In this document: in pieces, positions 1 through 9,839 of the stretch
Layout of the letters: every line of letters begins with the position of its first letter
How positions within the stretch are numbered: position 1 is the first letter of the stretch
Virus genome (UHGV): UHGV-0096010
Length of the DNA: 24,017 nt
Reading direction: 5' to 3' (one strand)
From: a virus
The notes under the pieces: generated by a model
What the model was told of the DNA's origin: nothing
The model's input: only the letters and a program-made list of their open reading frames with translations
Databases searched by the model: none
Translations under genes and position numbers: made by a program

Positions 1-49
1 GCCTCTTTTATGATTATCTCGTTACAGAGCGTTTCATAGGCGTTTAAGG

Positions 50-727
50 CTATTGTTTAAATACTGGCGTTACAACGTCTTGCCCTGGGCTTTTTTGATT
101 TTTCTGTTCTGTTGTATTTACCTGCATTTTAACCTGTCCCCCTACAGATTTATTTGGTGCTGTTTTTACAGCAATAGCATTAGTGGTGGCCTTAGAGACA
201 AGACGAATTTGCTCAAAATCAAGAGTAAACAATAAGCTTTCGCTTGCTTCTTCTTCGTAAGACATGCCAACTAACACAACGTTGTCATAATTTTTTAACT
301 CAGTGACAAGTAGGAAAGGTTGGCGACTGTCCATCAACTGATTTAGGTATTCAAGCATAAGCATACGTCGATTGCCGTTAATTCCCGCATTCTTAATCAT
401 ATCGGGATTGAGTTTCAATACGGTTTCAGAGATACGCCCCTGTAATGTGAACTTGTTATTCCGTATTTGAACATGATCACTAACTTCTGATCCTGATTCG
501 ACGGCATAGCTTGTAACGTCTGCATTTCGGCTAACTTTCGTCGATTCCACGTTATCAAATGATAATGCCCGGTAGTCATTGTAAGCAGCATTTGCACCAC
601 TGCCGAGGTTAGAGGTAATAATCGCAAAGCCGTTACCCCCTTTAGTTGTTCTACCGTTGCTATCGTTGCTTGTGCTGTTGATTTTCGCCTCAGTCGGGCG
701 ACCAATGGTTAACGGACCCATTGCCAT
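50..727 (-). CDS. hypothetical protein (225 aa), possible virion/tail structural protein
   Basis: ORF with ATG at 727 preceded by AAGGA Shine-Dalgarno; last gene of a co-directional block directly downstream of the tape-measure-like gene; no motif recognised by eye. Confidence 0.4.
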   Translation of the reverse strand: MAMGPLTIGRPTEAKINSTSNDSNGRTTKGGNGFAIITSNLGSGANAAYNDYRALSFDNVESTKVSRNADVTSYAVESGSEVSDHVQIRNNKFTLQGRISETVLKLNPDMIKNAGINGNRRMLMLEYLNQLMDSRQPFLLVTELKNYDNVVLVGMSYEEEASESLLFTLDFEQIRLVSKATTNAIAVKTAPNKSVGGQVKMQVNTTEQKNQKSPGQDVVTPVFKQ

Positions 728-774
728 AATTTGTAATCCTTATTTAAGGGGGCTAAACAGCCCCACAGTGATGA

Positions 775-2616
775 TTAATAGGTTGACCCGCCTGACATAA
801 CACCCAGCGTTAATAGCTTGCTAAACTCAGCGGAGGATGCCTTTGATTTGAAGTCGATAAATTCGCTCAATCGTCCGGTGTCTGATTCGATAGTTAGCGG
901 CACTTCTGCATTTACTTGTAATTCTGGATTGAAGTTAATAACAGGTGCAAAGGTGTAAGAAGGAGTCTTGATAGCTTGTTGTGCTGCACTCTGTTTCAGA
1001 TTTGCAATGTTTTGTCCTTCGAGAGTGTATTGATTTACAGCCTGCGCCCCGCCTACCGTTTCTTCTGGCGTAAACCAGCCTTTAATAGTGTTAAACAGGG
1101 AATTGCTGTTATCTGGCTTAGTTGTTCCGGTGCCAGCGCCTTTATATTGATCAGGAACGAGATTAGAAAGATTCTGTTTCATCCCTTCGTTAGACAGTGG
1201 CGGTGCATCACCTAAATTCTTCTGAATAGCTTCCGTCTTCTCGTCGTTTTTCATCAGCCAGTTGATTGCTTTCATTACGGCGTTAACCAATCCGCCGATA
1301 GCCTCGCCTAATTTGGTAAACATTGGCAGCATTGCAACCATACTCTTTTTGAACTCTTCAATCACAGCAGGATCGAGAGATTTCATAAAGCCATCAACAA
1401 AGGCGATCCCTTGTGAGTCAGAAAGCCCACTAAGTGCATTATTCAGTTCACGGAATTTAATAACGCTTTCCTGTTGTGCCTGTGTTACCCAGCGCCCTGA
1501 TTCTCGTTGTTCTCGTGCTGATTGTTCCACTTCTTTAGCGGAGCGTGTCCAGTATTTAGAGGTGAGCATCAAATCATCAGCCAGATCTTCCAGACGACTA
1601 CCGATTTGTGCATCTGAATAGCCTTTAGCTACCATTCCCTGAACTGCTTTACTAACCAGACCAGCCGGATTATCAGCAAAGTCTTTTAGATCCTTTTTAG
1701 TTAGGAATCCTTCATTCATTAAAGTATTGATGCCGCTATCGCCGCCCTTCCATTCTCCTTTACCAGTTTTCTTATCAACTACATATTCAGCTTCATCATA
1801 AGATTTGGTTGCACGTTCACGCACATCTTTCATCTGATCCAGATACTTACGTTTACCTTGTTCGCCCATCATTGAATCAACGCCGTTTTTATACGCCCAT
1901 TGTTCAACATCGTTCATCTGGTTAACGTCTACACCGCCCAGCTTCGCACGGCTATACAATTCACCCAGCGTTTCAGCATTCGCAAAGCTGTTAGTAACAA
2001 ATTCAGAGGCTTTGCTCATAGCCATATACGTAGCGCCAGCGCCTAAGCCACCCAGCATAACAGCCGCAGCACCGCCGCCAATACTCCCGCTACCCTTAAC
2101 AGGTGCATAGGCTTTAGCGTGAGCGTTACGATTGCCATTAATCTTACGTTGTTGCTGTTGTAGGCGTTTCATTTGGCTATTCATACGTGCCAGACTAATA
2201 GCGCCTCTTTCATATTGGAGGGCAATTTCTCTAGCCTGTGCAATAGCTTTATATTGTTCCGCTACAGAAAGACGGTGCATTGCACTAATGCTTGATCCAA
2301 CGTCTAAAAGCTTTAATTCTGCCTTCTCTTTGCGTGCTGCCAGGGCTTTTTGTTCTCTTGCAACTACACGTTGAGCGGCTAATTGTGCTTTAGCATTGGC
2401 TTTATCTGCCTGTGCTTGCTTTTTAGCAATATCGTCTACGTCTTTTTTTGCTTTAGCGGTTGATTGTTTATGTGTCTTAACACGCAATTCTATATCTTTC
2501 ACCGCCGCCATTTGTTTACGAAGTTTTTCTACTTCTGCTTTTGCTTTCTCTAATGATGGTCGATCAACCTGGAAGGTGACAACGTTTGATAAGCGGCTGA
2601 CGTTAAGTTCTAACAT
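775..2616 (-). CDS. tape-measure-like / minor structural protein (613 aa)
   Basis: ATG at 2616 with AGGGAAA SD; N-terminal ~170 aa K/A/E/Q-rich (coiled-coil-like); central Gly-rich hydrophobic stretch GSGSIGGGAAAVMLGGLGAGATYMAM; composition typical of phage tape-measure proteins; family not verified. Confidence 0.45.
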   Translation of the reverse strand: MLELNVSRLSNVVTFQVDRPSLEKAKAEVEKLRKQMAAVKDIELRVKTHKQSTAKAKKDVDDIAKKQAQADKANAKAQLAAQRVVAREQKALAARKEKAELKLLDVGSSISAMHRLSVAEQYKAIAQAREIALQYERGAISLARMNSQMKRLQQQQRKINGNRNAHAKAYAPVKGSGSIGGGAAAVMLGGLGAGATYMAMSKASEFVTNSFANAETLGELYSRAKLGGVDVNQMNDVEQWAYKNGVDSMMGEQGKRKYLDQMKDVRERATKSYDEAEYVVDKKTGKGEWKGGDSGINTLMNEGFLTKKDLKDFADNPAGLVSKAVQGMVAKGYSDAQIGSRLEDLADDLMLTSKYWTRSAKEVEQSAREQRESGRWVTQAQQESVIKFRELNNALSGLSDSQGIAFVDGFMKSLDPAVIEEFKKSMVAMLPMFTKLGEAIGGLVNAVMKAINWLMKNDEKTEAIQKNLGDAPPLSNEGMKQNLSNLVPDQYKGAGTGTTKPDNSNSLFNTIKGWFTPEETVGGAQAVNQYTLEGQNIANLKQSAAQQAIKTPSYTFAPVINFNPELQVNAEVPLTIESDTGRLSEFIDFKSKASSAEFSKLLTLGVMSGGSTY

Positions 2617-2650
2617 GCTAATTGTTTCCCTGTATTATGATTGTTGTTTA

Positions 2651-2848
2651 TTATTGTTTTTTAGAGCAATAGTATTGAATTGCTTCGAAAGTGCTGCATC
2701 CAGTCTGAAAGACACGCTGACGCACATTATTTGCATCAATTTCTAAAAGGCGGCAAAGCGCCGATGTGTTTATAACTGATTCCTCGCTAATAGCTGCCAG
2801 TTCTTTTACAGATTTAAGAATTAATGCCTGTGAATTTTCTGCGTTCAT
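2651..2848 (-). CDS. small hypothetical protein (65 aa)
   Basis: short ORF between the 343-aa and 613-aa genes, same strand; position compatible with a tail-assembly chaperone but no direct evidence. Confidence 0.3.
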   Translation of the reverse strand: MNAENSQALILKSVKELAAISEESVINTSALCRLLEIDANNVRQRVFQTGCSTFEAIQYYCSKKQ

Positions 2849-3002
2849 TGGTTTTCTCTCACATATATATTTTTATTTGGGTTTGTAGACAGTAGAAAAA
2901 AATAAGGGCAAGAGACAGCGCATATTTTGCTTATATGATTATCCCTTACCCTTATTGCCCCGATTATTTCCAGACGATGGGGAATCGTCTATTAACGCTT
3001 TA

Positions 3003-4034
3003 TTACGCAGCAGATCCGAAGATGATAGCTTGCGGAATGTTGTTTACTGGCAGATAAGATGTCTCAGTAACCACAGATGGGAATTGGAATTCATCCTTGA
3101 TTAGATATTGGTGATGTAACACGGCATCTTGACCTAACTCAGCATGACGCACACCAACGCCGCTATGAAGCTGATAGCACTGTGCCGCTTTATCCATTAC
3201 TGGAACAATTGCGAAACCGTTCTCTCCGATGTGAGCAACAATCTCAGGAAACATTGACACATCAATAACAGTGATCCCACCAATCTGGAAAGAGTCATAG
3301 GCTGGGTTAGAATCAACCATACGGGTAAACAGGGCCGTAGCACTCGCATCACCTGCATATTTCACCATGTCACTGATCAGCGGGTTAGATGACAAACCAT
3401 CAGCAGCAGCGCCAGCAGCAAAGATAATTACACCAGTTCGCTTTGCAGCAAGACCAGACCCCAGCTTTTCACTCTGTAAGCGCACCGCTTTACGAATAGC
3501 AAGGAACGGGTTAACAGTAGTCGATGCAAAGTCGATAGCGGGTACCGTGGTTTTAGCCTGACCGTCGAGGAAGTCGAGATCACCTTGTCCGGCATATTCA
3601 GATTCAACTTTCAGGCCCAGCAGCGCGGTAATCAGATCCACTTCAACACGGTTTGCGTGTGAACGGTAATGAGCCTCAGAGAAATCATTAACCGCTACCA
3701 GCATAGCATCAGAACGGTTTGGATATTGGCGGCTGTATTGTTCCAGGTCACGAGAAGTAACAGCGTTAATACTGCCGACGTGTTTCATCTGGAAAAGTTT
3801 GTTTGACCATTCCTGACGTTTAGAGGCGTTCCAGTCGCTTTGAGCGTAAGGCGAGGTTTCCCCAGCTACCTGCACAAACTGATCAATCAGGTCGGTAAGA
3901 AGAATGCTGTTTTCTGTATGATATTGCACATCGAACAGATCGAGATTAGTAATCAGGGTATTAAGTGCATTCTCATAAGCAAATGGAGTTACTACCGCAG
4001 TATTAACGCCAAAATATGTTGATAAATCATTCAT
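3003..4034 (-). CDS. hypothetical structural protein (343 aa), candidate major capsid or major tail protein
   Basis: ATG at 4034 preceded by AAGGAA SD; large ORF in co-directional block; no catalytic or nucleotide-binding motif seen; assignment by size and context only. Confidence 0.5.
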   Translation of the reverse strand: MNDLSTYFGVNTAVVTPFAYENALNTLITNLDLFDVQYHTENSILLTDLIDQFVQVAGETSPYAQSDWNASKRQEWSNKLFQMKHVGSINAVTSRDLEQYSRQYPNRSDAMLVAVNDFSEAHYRSHANRVEVDLITALLGLKVESEYAGQGDLDFLDGQAKTTVPAIDFASTTVNPFLAIRKAVRLQSEKLGSGLAAKRTGVIIFAAGAAADGLSSNPLISDMVKYAGDASATALFTRMVDSNPAYDSFQIGGITVIDVSMFPEIVAHIGENGFAIVPVMDKAAQCYQLHSGVGVRHAELGQDAVLHHQYLIKDEFQFPSVVTETSYLPVNNIPQAIIFGSAA

Positions 4035-4048
4035 TATTATTTTCCTTG

Positions 4049-4432
4049 TTAAGTCGTAGGGATCGCAAGTTCTTCATAACCAGCAATTACAAAGCCGAGA
4101 GATTGCAGTTTTGCAATAACACTTGCCTTTTCCATACTGTTAAATTCAATCCCATCTTCAGCCAGAATAACGAAAGTAGGATGTGCAACCACTACGCTTT
4201 CCTGTCCTTCATAAGCCGGTTCAACCACTACGTGAGCAATATCAGAAGCGGTTGTTGCTTTGGTGCCATCGGCTTTCAGCAAAGCCCCGACAATAAGATC
4301 GTCAGTGAGAGGTGAAGCCAGTTTGACGAGGCGATCTTGCAGCACTGGATCAGCAGCGTAAGCTACTACCTTACAGCGTGAACGGGAATTATCCGCATTC
4401 ACTGCTTTTAATTTTCCATATGGGTTAGCCAT
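4049..4432 (-). CDS. hypothetical protein (127 aa)
   Basis: ATG at 4432 preceded by AAGGAA SD; 14-bp gap to downstream 343-aa gene (operon-like packing). Confidence 0.45.
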   Translation of the reverse strand: MANPYGKLKAVNADNSRSRCKVVAYAADPVLQDRLVKLASPLTDDLIVGALLKADGTKATTASDIAHVVVEPAYEGQESVVVAHPTFVILAEDGIEFNSMEKASVIAKLQSLGFVIAGYEELAIPTT

Positions 4433-4436
4433 AAGA

Positions 4437-4634
4437 TTATTTTCCTTTCAGTTGTTTAATTTTAGATTTAAGGGCATCAGCAAGACTAACCGCATCAGCC
4501 GATTTAAATAATTGAGCAGTGGTAGAACGAAGACTTTCGGGAGTAACTCCCAACAGTGCGGCAACCTTAATGAGGTTTTCATCACTAACAATCATCGTTT
4601 CCCCGTCTTTGCTGATAATCATTTCTTGTTTCAT
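4437..4634 (-). CDS. small hypothetical protein (65 aa from internal ATG)
   Basis: ORF-track start at 4676 is TTG; in-frame ATG at 4634 (MKQEM...) has AGGAA SD 8 nt upstream, so the shorter form is preferred. Confidence 0.35.
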   Translation of the reverse strand: MKQEMIISKDGETMIVSDENLIKVAALLGVTPESLRSTTAQLFKSADAVSLADALKSKIKQLKGK

Positions 4635-5615
4635 AAATAACGTTCCTGTTAGTGCCAGACAAATAAAAAGCCCCAATGCCGTAAGAGGTTCTGACCAGCA
4701 AAGGGGCTTTAACGTGCGGGCAATTACATAATTGATAAGTTAAACTATAAGAGGATTAAACATATCAGCAAATACACTTTTTAAATATACTTGATGATAT
4801 GCTTAAAGGGTGAATAGATACTCCTGAAAACATGCTCTTAAGAAAACATGCGGAATCAATCAGGAATATCTATTCGGGGCGCGGTGGCTAACCGCTATCT
4901 TTCATGGTGTGGATGCACCAGTCAGATTTTAAGGAATCACTATTCCAATCTACTCACAGATTAAATTTTTAATAAGGATTAACTACACCAACAGTAATCT
5001 ACCGTTTCAGAAAATCGTTTCACAACCAAAGATTATAGATCCGCATTCTATAAAACCCGTTTTGCTATCAATATTTCCAAAGTTTATTGCACCATTCTTA
5101 GCTAAACTCTCTCTACTTGCGGCTAACGCTATGCAGATGATAGTTTTTTGACAACAACTTAATAGATTATTCTGTTACTAACTTCCGTCATTAAATAAGA
5201 GTTTAATGATGTTAGTAAATAGTTATAAAATATAACTATCAGTGTAAGGCTCTTTAATGTTTTCGGACAAAATAAGGAGCTTTAGGATAAGCATAGATGA
5301 AAAATAAGAGCGGGAAGGGCAAGGAGATAACACCTACCCGCTTTTATCAAAAATTAAGCACAATGCCTAACAACATTCATCAACACAACGTAGAAACAAT
5401 CAACAATCAAAGAGGGAGTTATGATTATTCTAAAACTTCTTGATAGATGGAAGGTAATATTTGTTAGAGGTTAATGCCACTCAACCTTTGAGGCTATCAC
5501 CTTCCATATGCAGGGATTTATGACAGTAGAAGGATTAACACCAACTAAAATCTTTTAATCTACCCCTAAAATTATTATATAACAAAATCATCATAAATGC
5601 AAATGATTTTCATTA

Positions 5616-5918
5616 TCATTTAGAGAAAATAGCACTTTTTGCTAAATCATTTACTAATTGCTGAATCTCTTCACTTGCAGCCTTTAACGTGCTGGCGGTG
5701 TCTGTGATGGTTTGAGTGCACATCTTGGCATCTGATAGCTCTAAATCGCTCACCAGAGAGACAAAATCTTCTAAGCATACATTGAGCTTCATTAAGCTAA
5801 TAACGCATTGAGAGAGCGTATAATCGCATAAATCTGAATAGGCTTGATTTATTCTTGTTTGTAGTGAGATAGTCAGATCTAAAAGTTGTTCCATTGCATT
5901 GCTAATATCTTCTTCCAT
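5616..5918 (-). CDS. hypothetical protein (100 aa)
   Basis: ORF whose ATG overlaps the stop of the upstream gene by 1 nt (TAATG), indicating coupling. Confidence 0.35.
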   Translation of the reverse strand: MEEDISNAMEQLLDLTISLQTRINQAYSDLCDYTLSQCVISLMKLNVCLEDFVSLVSDLELSDAKMCTQTITDTASTLKAASEEIQQLVNDLAKSAIFSK

Positions 5919-6163
5919 TATGCGTATTCTCCTTGTAATGCATCATTAATCATATTCAATACGATGTTAAAAGGTGTCTTGAGCGTCAGCACTTCATCAC
6001 GGTAACGTTCTAATGCTTCGTAGTCTTCTGTTTCTTTTGCCAGCCGGATTAACTCAGCATAGTTTTTTGCATCAGACAGGAGCATCTGAAATAATTGTGT
6101 TTCTTGAATATAGCCAATCATTATTTTTCCTTTTTCGAATATTTTCATTGGGCGCTTATACAT
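5918..6163 (-). CDS. hypothetical protein (81 aa)
   Basis: ORF in same-strand small-gene cluster; no clear SD; start uncertain (ATG at 6163 or 6148). Confidence 0.3.
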   Translation of the reverse strand: MYKRPMKIFEKGKIMIGYIQETQLFQMLLSDAKNYAELIRLAKETEDYEALERYRDEVLTLKTPFNIVLNMINDALQGEYA

Positions 6164-6178
6164 ACGCCCGTCTTTCTA

Positions 6179-6559
6179 TTAGTTAGAACGTTTGTTAGAT
6201 GCGAGAGTGTCGATCAGGTGCTGCATCAGATCTGTTTCTGTAACGCCGCCTACCTGATTGTTGAACGAATTGAAGCCTGTATAGTGACGAAATGAGGTAA
6301 AGCCTAACAATTGCCATTTCTTCAATGTGCCAGGTTCTATAATCGTTGTCTTTCTTGTTCTGGGTTTGAAATACACACCATCACCCATTGATTGAATAAT
6401 TTCTAATTCTTCGTTTGTAAGTGGTGGGCTGTTAGATTCTAAAATGAAGACTATCTCTTCACCTGCTTCTTCATTATTCTTATAAACTTGCTTTCTTACG
6501 TCGTTGAAGGTGTTCCCTTGCTCAATACGTTTTAAGTTGTTCTTTTTCTTTCTTCCCAT
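6179..6559 (-). CDS. hypothetical protein (126 aa)
   Basis: ATG at 6559 preceded by AGAGGGAAA SD; basic N-terminus MGRKKK. Confidence 0.45.
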   Translation of the reverse strand: MGRKKKNNLKRIEQGNTFNDVRKQVYKNNEEAGEEIVFILESNSPPLTNEELEIIQSMGDGVYFKPRTRKTTIIEPGTLKKWQLLGFTSFRHYTGFNSFNNQVGGVTETDLMQHLIDTLASNKRSN

Positions 6560-6693
6560 TTTCCCTCTTTTTATGTGGATTATAAAAACTGAATGCCATA
6601 GTTACGATGAATATTGCTACAAATGCACTTGCCATATGTATTGCCCGATCTGTTGTTACTGATTGTTTGTGATGTTATAAATCATTTATTTCC

Positions 6694-7263
6694 TTAAAAG
6701 GGTAGTGAATCATATATTGTGCTCTCACTTTTGAGATCAATTATCAAAGAGTCAAAATCATTTTCACAAAGATAGATATTCTTTGAATCTAATGCTCGTT
6801 TTACAAAATCTTCTGTTTCTTCGTGCGGTGGTTTCTTCTTATCAAGGGAAAGAAGCCAAGTAAAAATTTCGGGCCGCTCAGGGAACTCTGGCTCTTGTGT
6901 TTCTTCTTCAACGATGATTTCGGAAACATTCAATATTTCATTAGATTCGTCTTCTTTCTCAGAAGGATCAGGTAGTGATGATTCTCCTTTTGGAATATCA
7001 AGCACTCGATAAAGGTTAGAGCTTCCTGGTCGTGCATCTTTTATAATTAATCCCATTTCGAGCAATTTCTTAACCCTTTCTTCTGCTGCTCTTGGTGTTA
7101 TGCCAAAAACATCGCCTATCTTAGCGTAAGAGGGAAATGCACGATCAAACCCTCTCAGATAGCAGTAAAGGTTTTTAGCACTATCTGTAAATTTATGCCC
7201 GTTTACTTGGCTTATTTTTAGAATCCACATAGGAACTTTTACAAATTGTTCTTCATTAATCAT
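6694..7263 (-). CDS. winged-helix/HTH DNA-binding protein, replication-initiator-like
   Basis: preferred ATG at 7263 (MINEEQ...) with AAGGAG SD; N-terminal pattern F.K.P..L......KLY.YL......FPS...I....G.....A...V..L...GLI resembles phage/plasmid Rep-type HTH domains; acidic C-terminal half; family not verified. Confidence 0.4.
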   Translation of the reverse strand: MINEEQFVKVPMWILKISQVNGHKFTDSAKNLYCYLRGFDRAFPSYAKIGDVFGITPRAAEERVKKLLEMGLIIKDARPGSSNLYRVLDIPKGESSLPDPSEKEDESNEILNVSEIIVEEETQEPEFPERPEIFTWLLSLDKKKPPHEETEDFVKRALDSKNIYLCENDFDSLIIDLKSESTIYDSLPF

Positions 7264-7316
7264 TAAAAATCTCCTTGATGTAATCACGCTCTACGGCGCT
7301 ACTATGGTGATAAAAA

Positions 7317-7487
7317 TCACTTGCTTTTGTTTGAGAGTGTTTCAGCCTCTCTTTTCAACATATCAAGAATGTAATCTGTAACAGTGATACGTTTACTTCT
7401 GGCTTCTTTAAACAACACCTGAAATACTTCATCAGGAATATGAAAGCAAGTGCGTGGTTGCCTTTTCTTTTCTGTAGTTTCGCTCAT
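7317..7487 (-). CDS. small DNA-binding protein, ribbon-helix-helix-like
   Basis: preferred ATG at 7487 (MSETTEKK...) with GGAGAA SD; segment RTCFHIPDEVFQVLFKEARSKRITVTDYILDML looks like a beta-strand plus two helices as in CopG/Arc-type repressors. Confidence 0.4.
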   Translation of the reverse strand: MSETTEKKRQPRTCFHIPDEVFQVLFKEARSKRITVTDYILDMLKREAETLSNKSK

Positions 7488-7506
7488 AGTTTTCTCCTTC
7501 TCTTCT

Positions 7507-7707
7507 TTACTCTGTTTCAGATTCTTTTTCAGATCCTTTTTCATTTTTTCTTAATTCATCAATAATTTTTAGTGCATCGTCAAAGCATTTTTCACGCTCT
7601 GGATAACCACAGCGTCGCGCTGTGTTCCTGTTCATCCTTACTTTAAAACGGTTGATCTCACCACGTTTCCAGGCTTCCACAATATCCTGTGGAGTGAAAT
7701 ATTTCAT
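7507..7707 (-). CDS. hypothetical protein (66 aa)
   Basis: ATG at 7707 preceded by strong AGGAGG SD; first gene of the leftward small-gene cluster. Confidence 0.45.
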   Translation of the reverse strand: MKYFTPQDIVEAWKRGEINRFKVRMNRNTARRCGYPEREKCFDDALKIIDELRKNEKGSEKESETE

Positions 7708-7950
7708 TAATTAACCTCCTATTCTATTTAGTTAAAAGAAATAGACACCTTGCAAGCCTTGGGCTTCAAAGTGCGATGCATTGGTTTAATTATTTAAAGG
7801 ATAAGAATGTTTTCCTGCCCCTAATATTACTTTACCACGACTAAAGGCTTTTGTCAACCCCCCAGCCATAAAAATATTGATCATTTTCAGTGTGTTATGA
7901 TTTTTCTTAGCAATTCGTGCTCTTACGAATACTCCAATTCTTCATTATTG

Positions 7951-7980
7951 TCTAAAACGCTCTAAAACGCGTTCTAACGA
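7951..7980. repeat. tandem 10-bp direct repeat (TCTAAAACGC x2 plus degenerate third copy)
   Basis: read directly from sequence. Confidence 0.6.
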
Positions 7981-8550
7981 GGTTTTGATAAAAACAATAC
8001 ATTCCCTTATGTAATGGCTGTTTAGCTCGCCTACGGTTTGATTTAAGCGGTAGAAACTCATCTACTACCTAACATCTTTAAACCATATTTTTCTTTTTTG
8101 TCTGTTTGATGGTTGATCTATAGTTATGCGTTAGCATCCCCAAAGGGGTAACGCTACCCTAATTGCATTCGCAAGAACATTGCACAAGAAATTTATTTTA
8201 GATGATTGATGATCGTTAGATGGTAGTTAGTTAATTATCGTTCTGCGCACAGCGCAAGACTATTTAGCCTTACGCAAGCCGTAGGCTATTTGCACATAGT
8301 AGATTACATATTCGTTGTGAGCGGAAAGCGAACATAGATCTACTAACTAACATTAACAAACAAAAACTATGTGTTATGAGAAGTATCAGTCTAACTGACT
8401 AACACTCTAACTTGTGCAAGGTTCTGGCGAATGCCAATAGATTAAGGGATAGTCGAAGACTCCCTAACGGGTATCCCTATAATTATTCTTTAAAGATAAA
8501 AGAATTTATAAAAGATAATTTAATTGTAGTTTGATAGTTGATCTAATAGG

Positions 8551-8687
8551 TAACAAAATTCTGTAGGGGTGGCTAACAGTTTTCTGTGGGGGTGTCTAAC
8601 ATAATTCTGTTAGGGTTGGGGTAACAGTTTTCTGTTAGGGTGCATATTTCTTTAAAAGTTAAGGATAACAGAATTCTGTGGGGGTAG
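8551..8687. repeat. iteron-like array: five direct repeats of ~21 bp, core TAACA-N3-TTCTGT-N-GGGGT
   Basis: copies at ~8551, 8574, 8597, 8622 and 8666; four are tandem with ~22-25 bp period, the fifth follows an AT-rich gap; non-coding context 0.8-1.3 kb from the Rep-like gene. Confidence 0.6.
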
Positions 8688-9641
8688 CTCACAGTGACCT
8701 ACCGTTACATCCATCACATAACATCTGTGCAATGATCTTCTTATAATCAGTAAAAGTCTTTCTTGCTATCAAAAATTAAACATCTAAAACAAGCTTAAAT
8801 TCAAGATTAATTGATGATTAATCCCTGTGTAATTCCATACTAAAAAATCCAAGAAAAATGGCTTCAAAATGCAATTCTTACTTTCTTCACTTTTGCGTCA
8901 TCATCAGCAAAGCCTTATGTTATGCGGCATATAGCGCATCACTGCAAAATTGTTGCTCAATAAACGTTCTATCATTTGTTGAACAAGTTCTTTCACGTGT
9001 TGAAAATTTATGTTTAAATTTGCTTTCAATCTTTAATGTGCAATCACTATCAACATAAAAATAAAAAACCTTCCATTATATTTCATAGCATACAAAAGTC
9101 AATAGAAGCCCTCTCGTGCTCCTACGTAAAAAATCCACCATTTTTCCCCTGATACATCAACTCAAGGCGTTCTATGTGTTCCTTAGTGCATATTACGATT
9201 ATTATGTTAAATGGATTTTGGCCTATATTTTGACCTGCACCCGCATAAACACTGGTTTCATCGCTTACAGCCCTTGTGAGACGTGGTGCTGTTTCTAGCA
9301 TCTGATCCGACATAAAACCGATCATTCTCGTGTTTAGTGAAAGTTTAGTGAGAGACATTACAGAAAGGCTTTCTGTGTAATGATTTAATAGGTAAAAACG
9401 ATGTTGATTACGCAAGAAAATTCCTTGCTGATATTTGGGGATTCTGGATTTTCCAGATCGGGGGGCGCTGAAAATCGCGTTAAGCACTTCTCGCAATCTA
9501 GCCATAAGGGAAGGGATATAGGTATTTAGATGTATTTATAGCTATTTATTTTTTATTTATCTTTATTTAAAAATAACCTTATAAATCAATAATATACAGA
9601 ACAATCTGTTTATATTTTAATCAATTAAATCAAGTTTAATA

Positions 9642-9674
9642 CCCTTAAATACCCTAAAAATAGCCTTAAATACC
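9642..9674. repeat. two copies of CCTTAAATACCC spaced 21 bp apart in an AT-rich tract
   Basis: read directly from sequence; a partial third copy (TAATACCC) lies just upstream. Confidence 0.45.
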
Positions 9675-9839
9675 CCAATAATTAATTTTAAGGCTTTCCG
9701 TGTTCTCTTCTGCATTATGAAAATGCAAAATAAGGCACAAAACAAGCTCACAGACGCATTAAACACACATCACCTACACATCCCTATACCAAGCAATGAA
9801 AACAGCGTTATAATGCGTCCTGTTGCGTTCTGGAGATTT

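Noticed and set aside
4666-4708. Inverted repeat AAGCCCC...GGGGCTT near the start of the structural block, considered as a terminator
   Set aside because: The loop would be ~28 nt and it overlaps the TTG-extended start region of the 4437-4634 gene; not a convincing intrinsic terminator.
8551-8687. Possible CRISPR array (regularly spaced direct repeats)
   Set aside because: The repeats are adjacent to one another with no unique spacers of regular length, are imperfect and only ~21 bp long, and there are no cas genes; the pattern fits iterons, not CRISPR.
9122-9505. 127-aa minus-strand ORF (MARLREVLNAIFSAPRSG...)
   Set aside because: No SD, an unusual composition, and it sits in a repeat-rich non-coding region; it could be a gene remnant but I cannot support it as a functional CDS.
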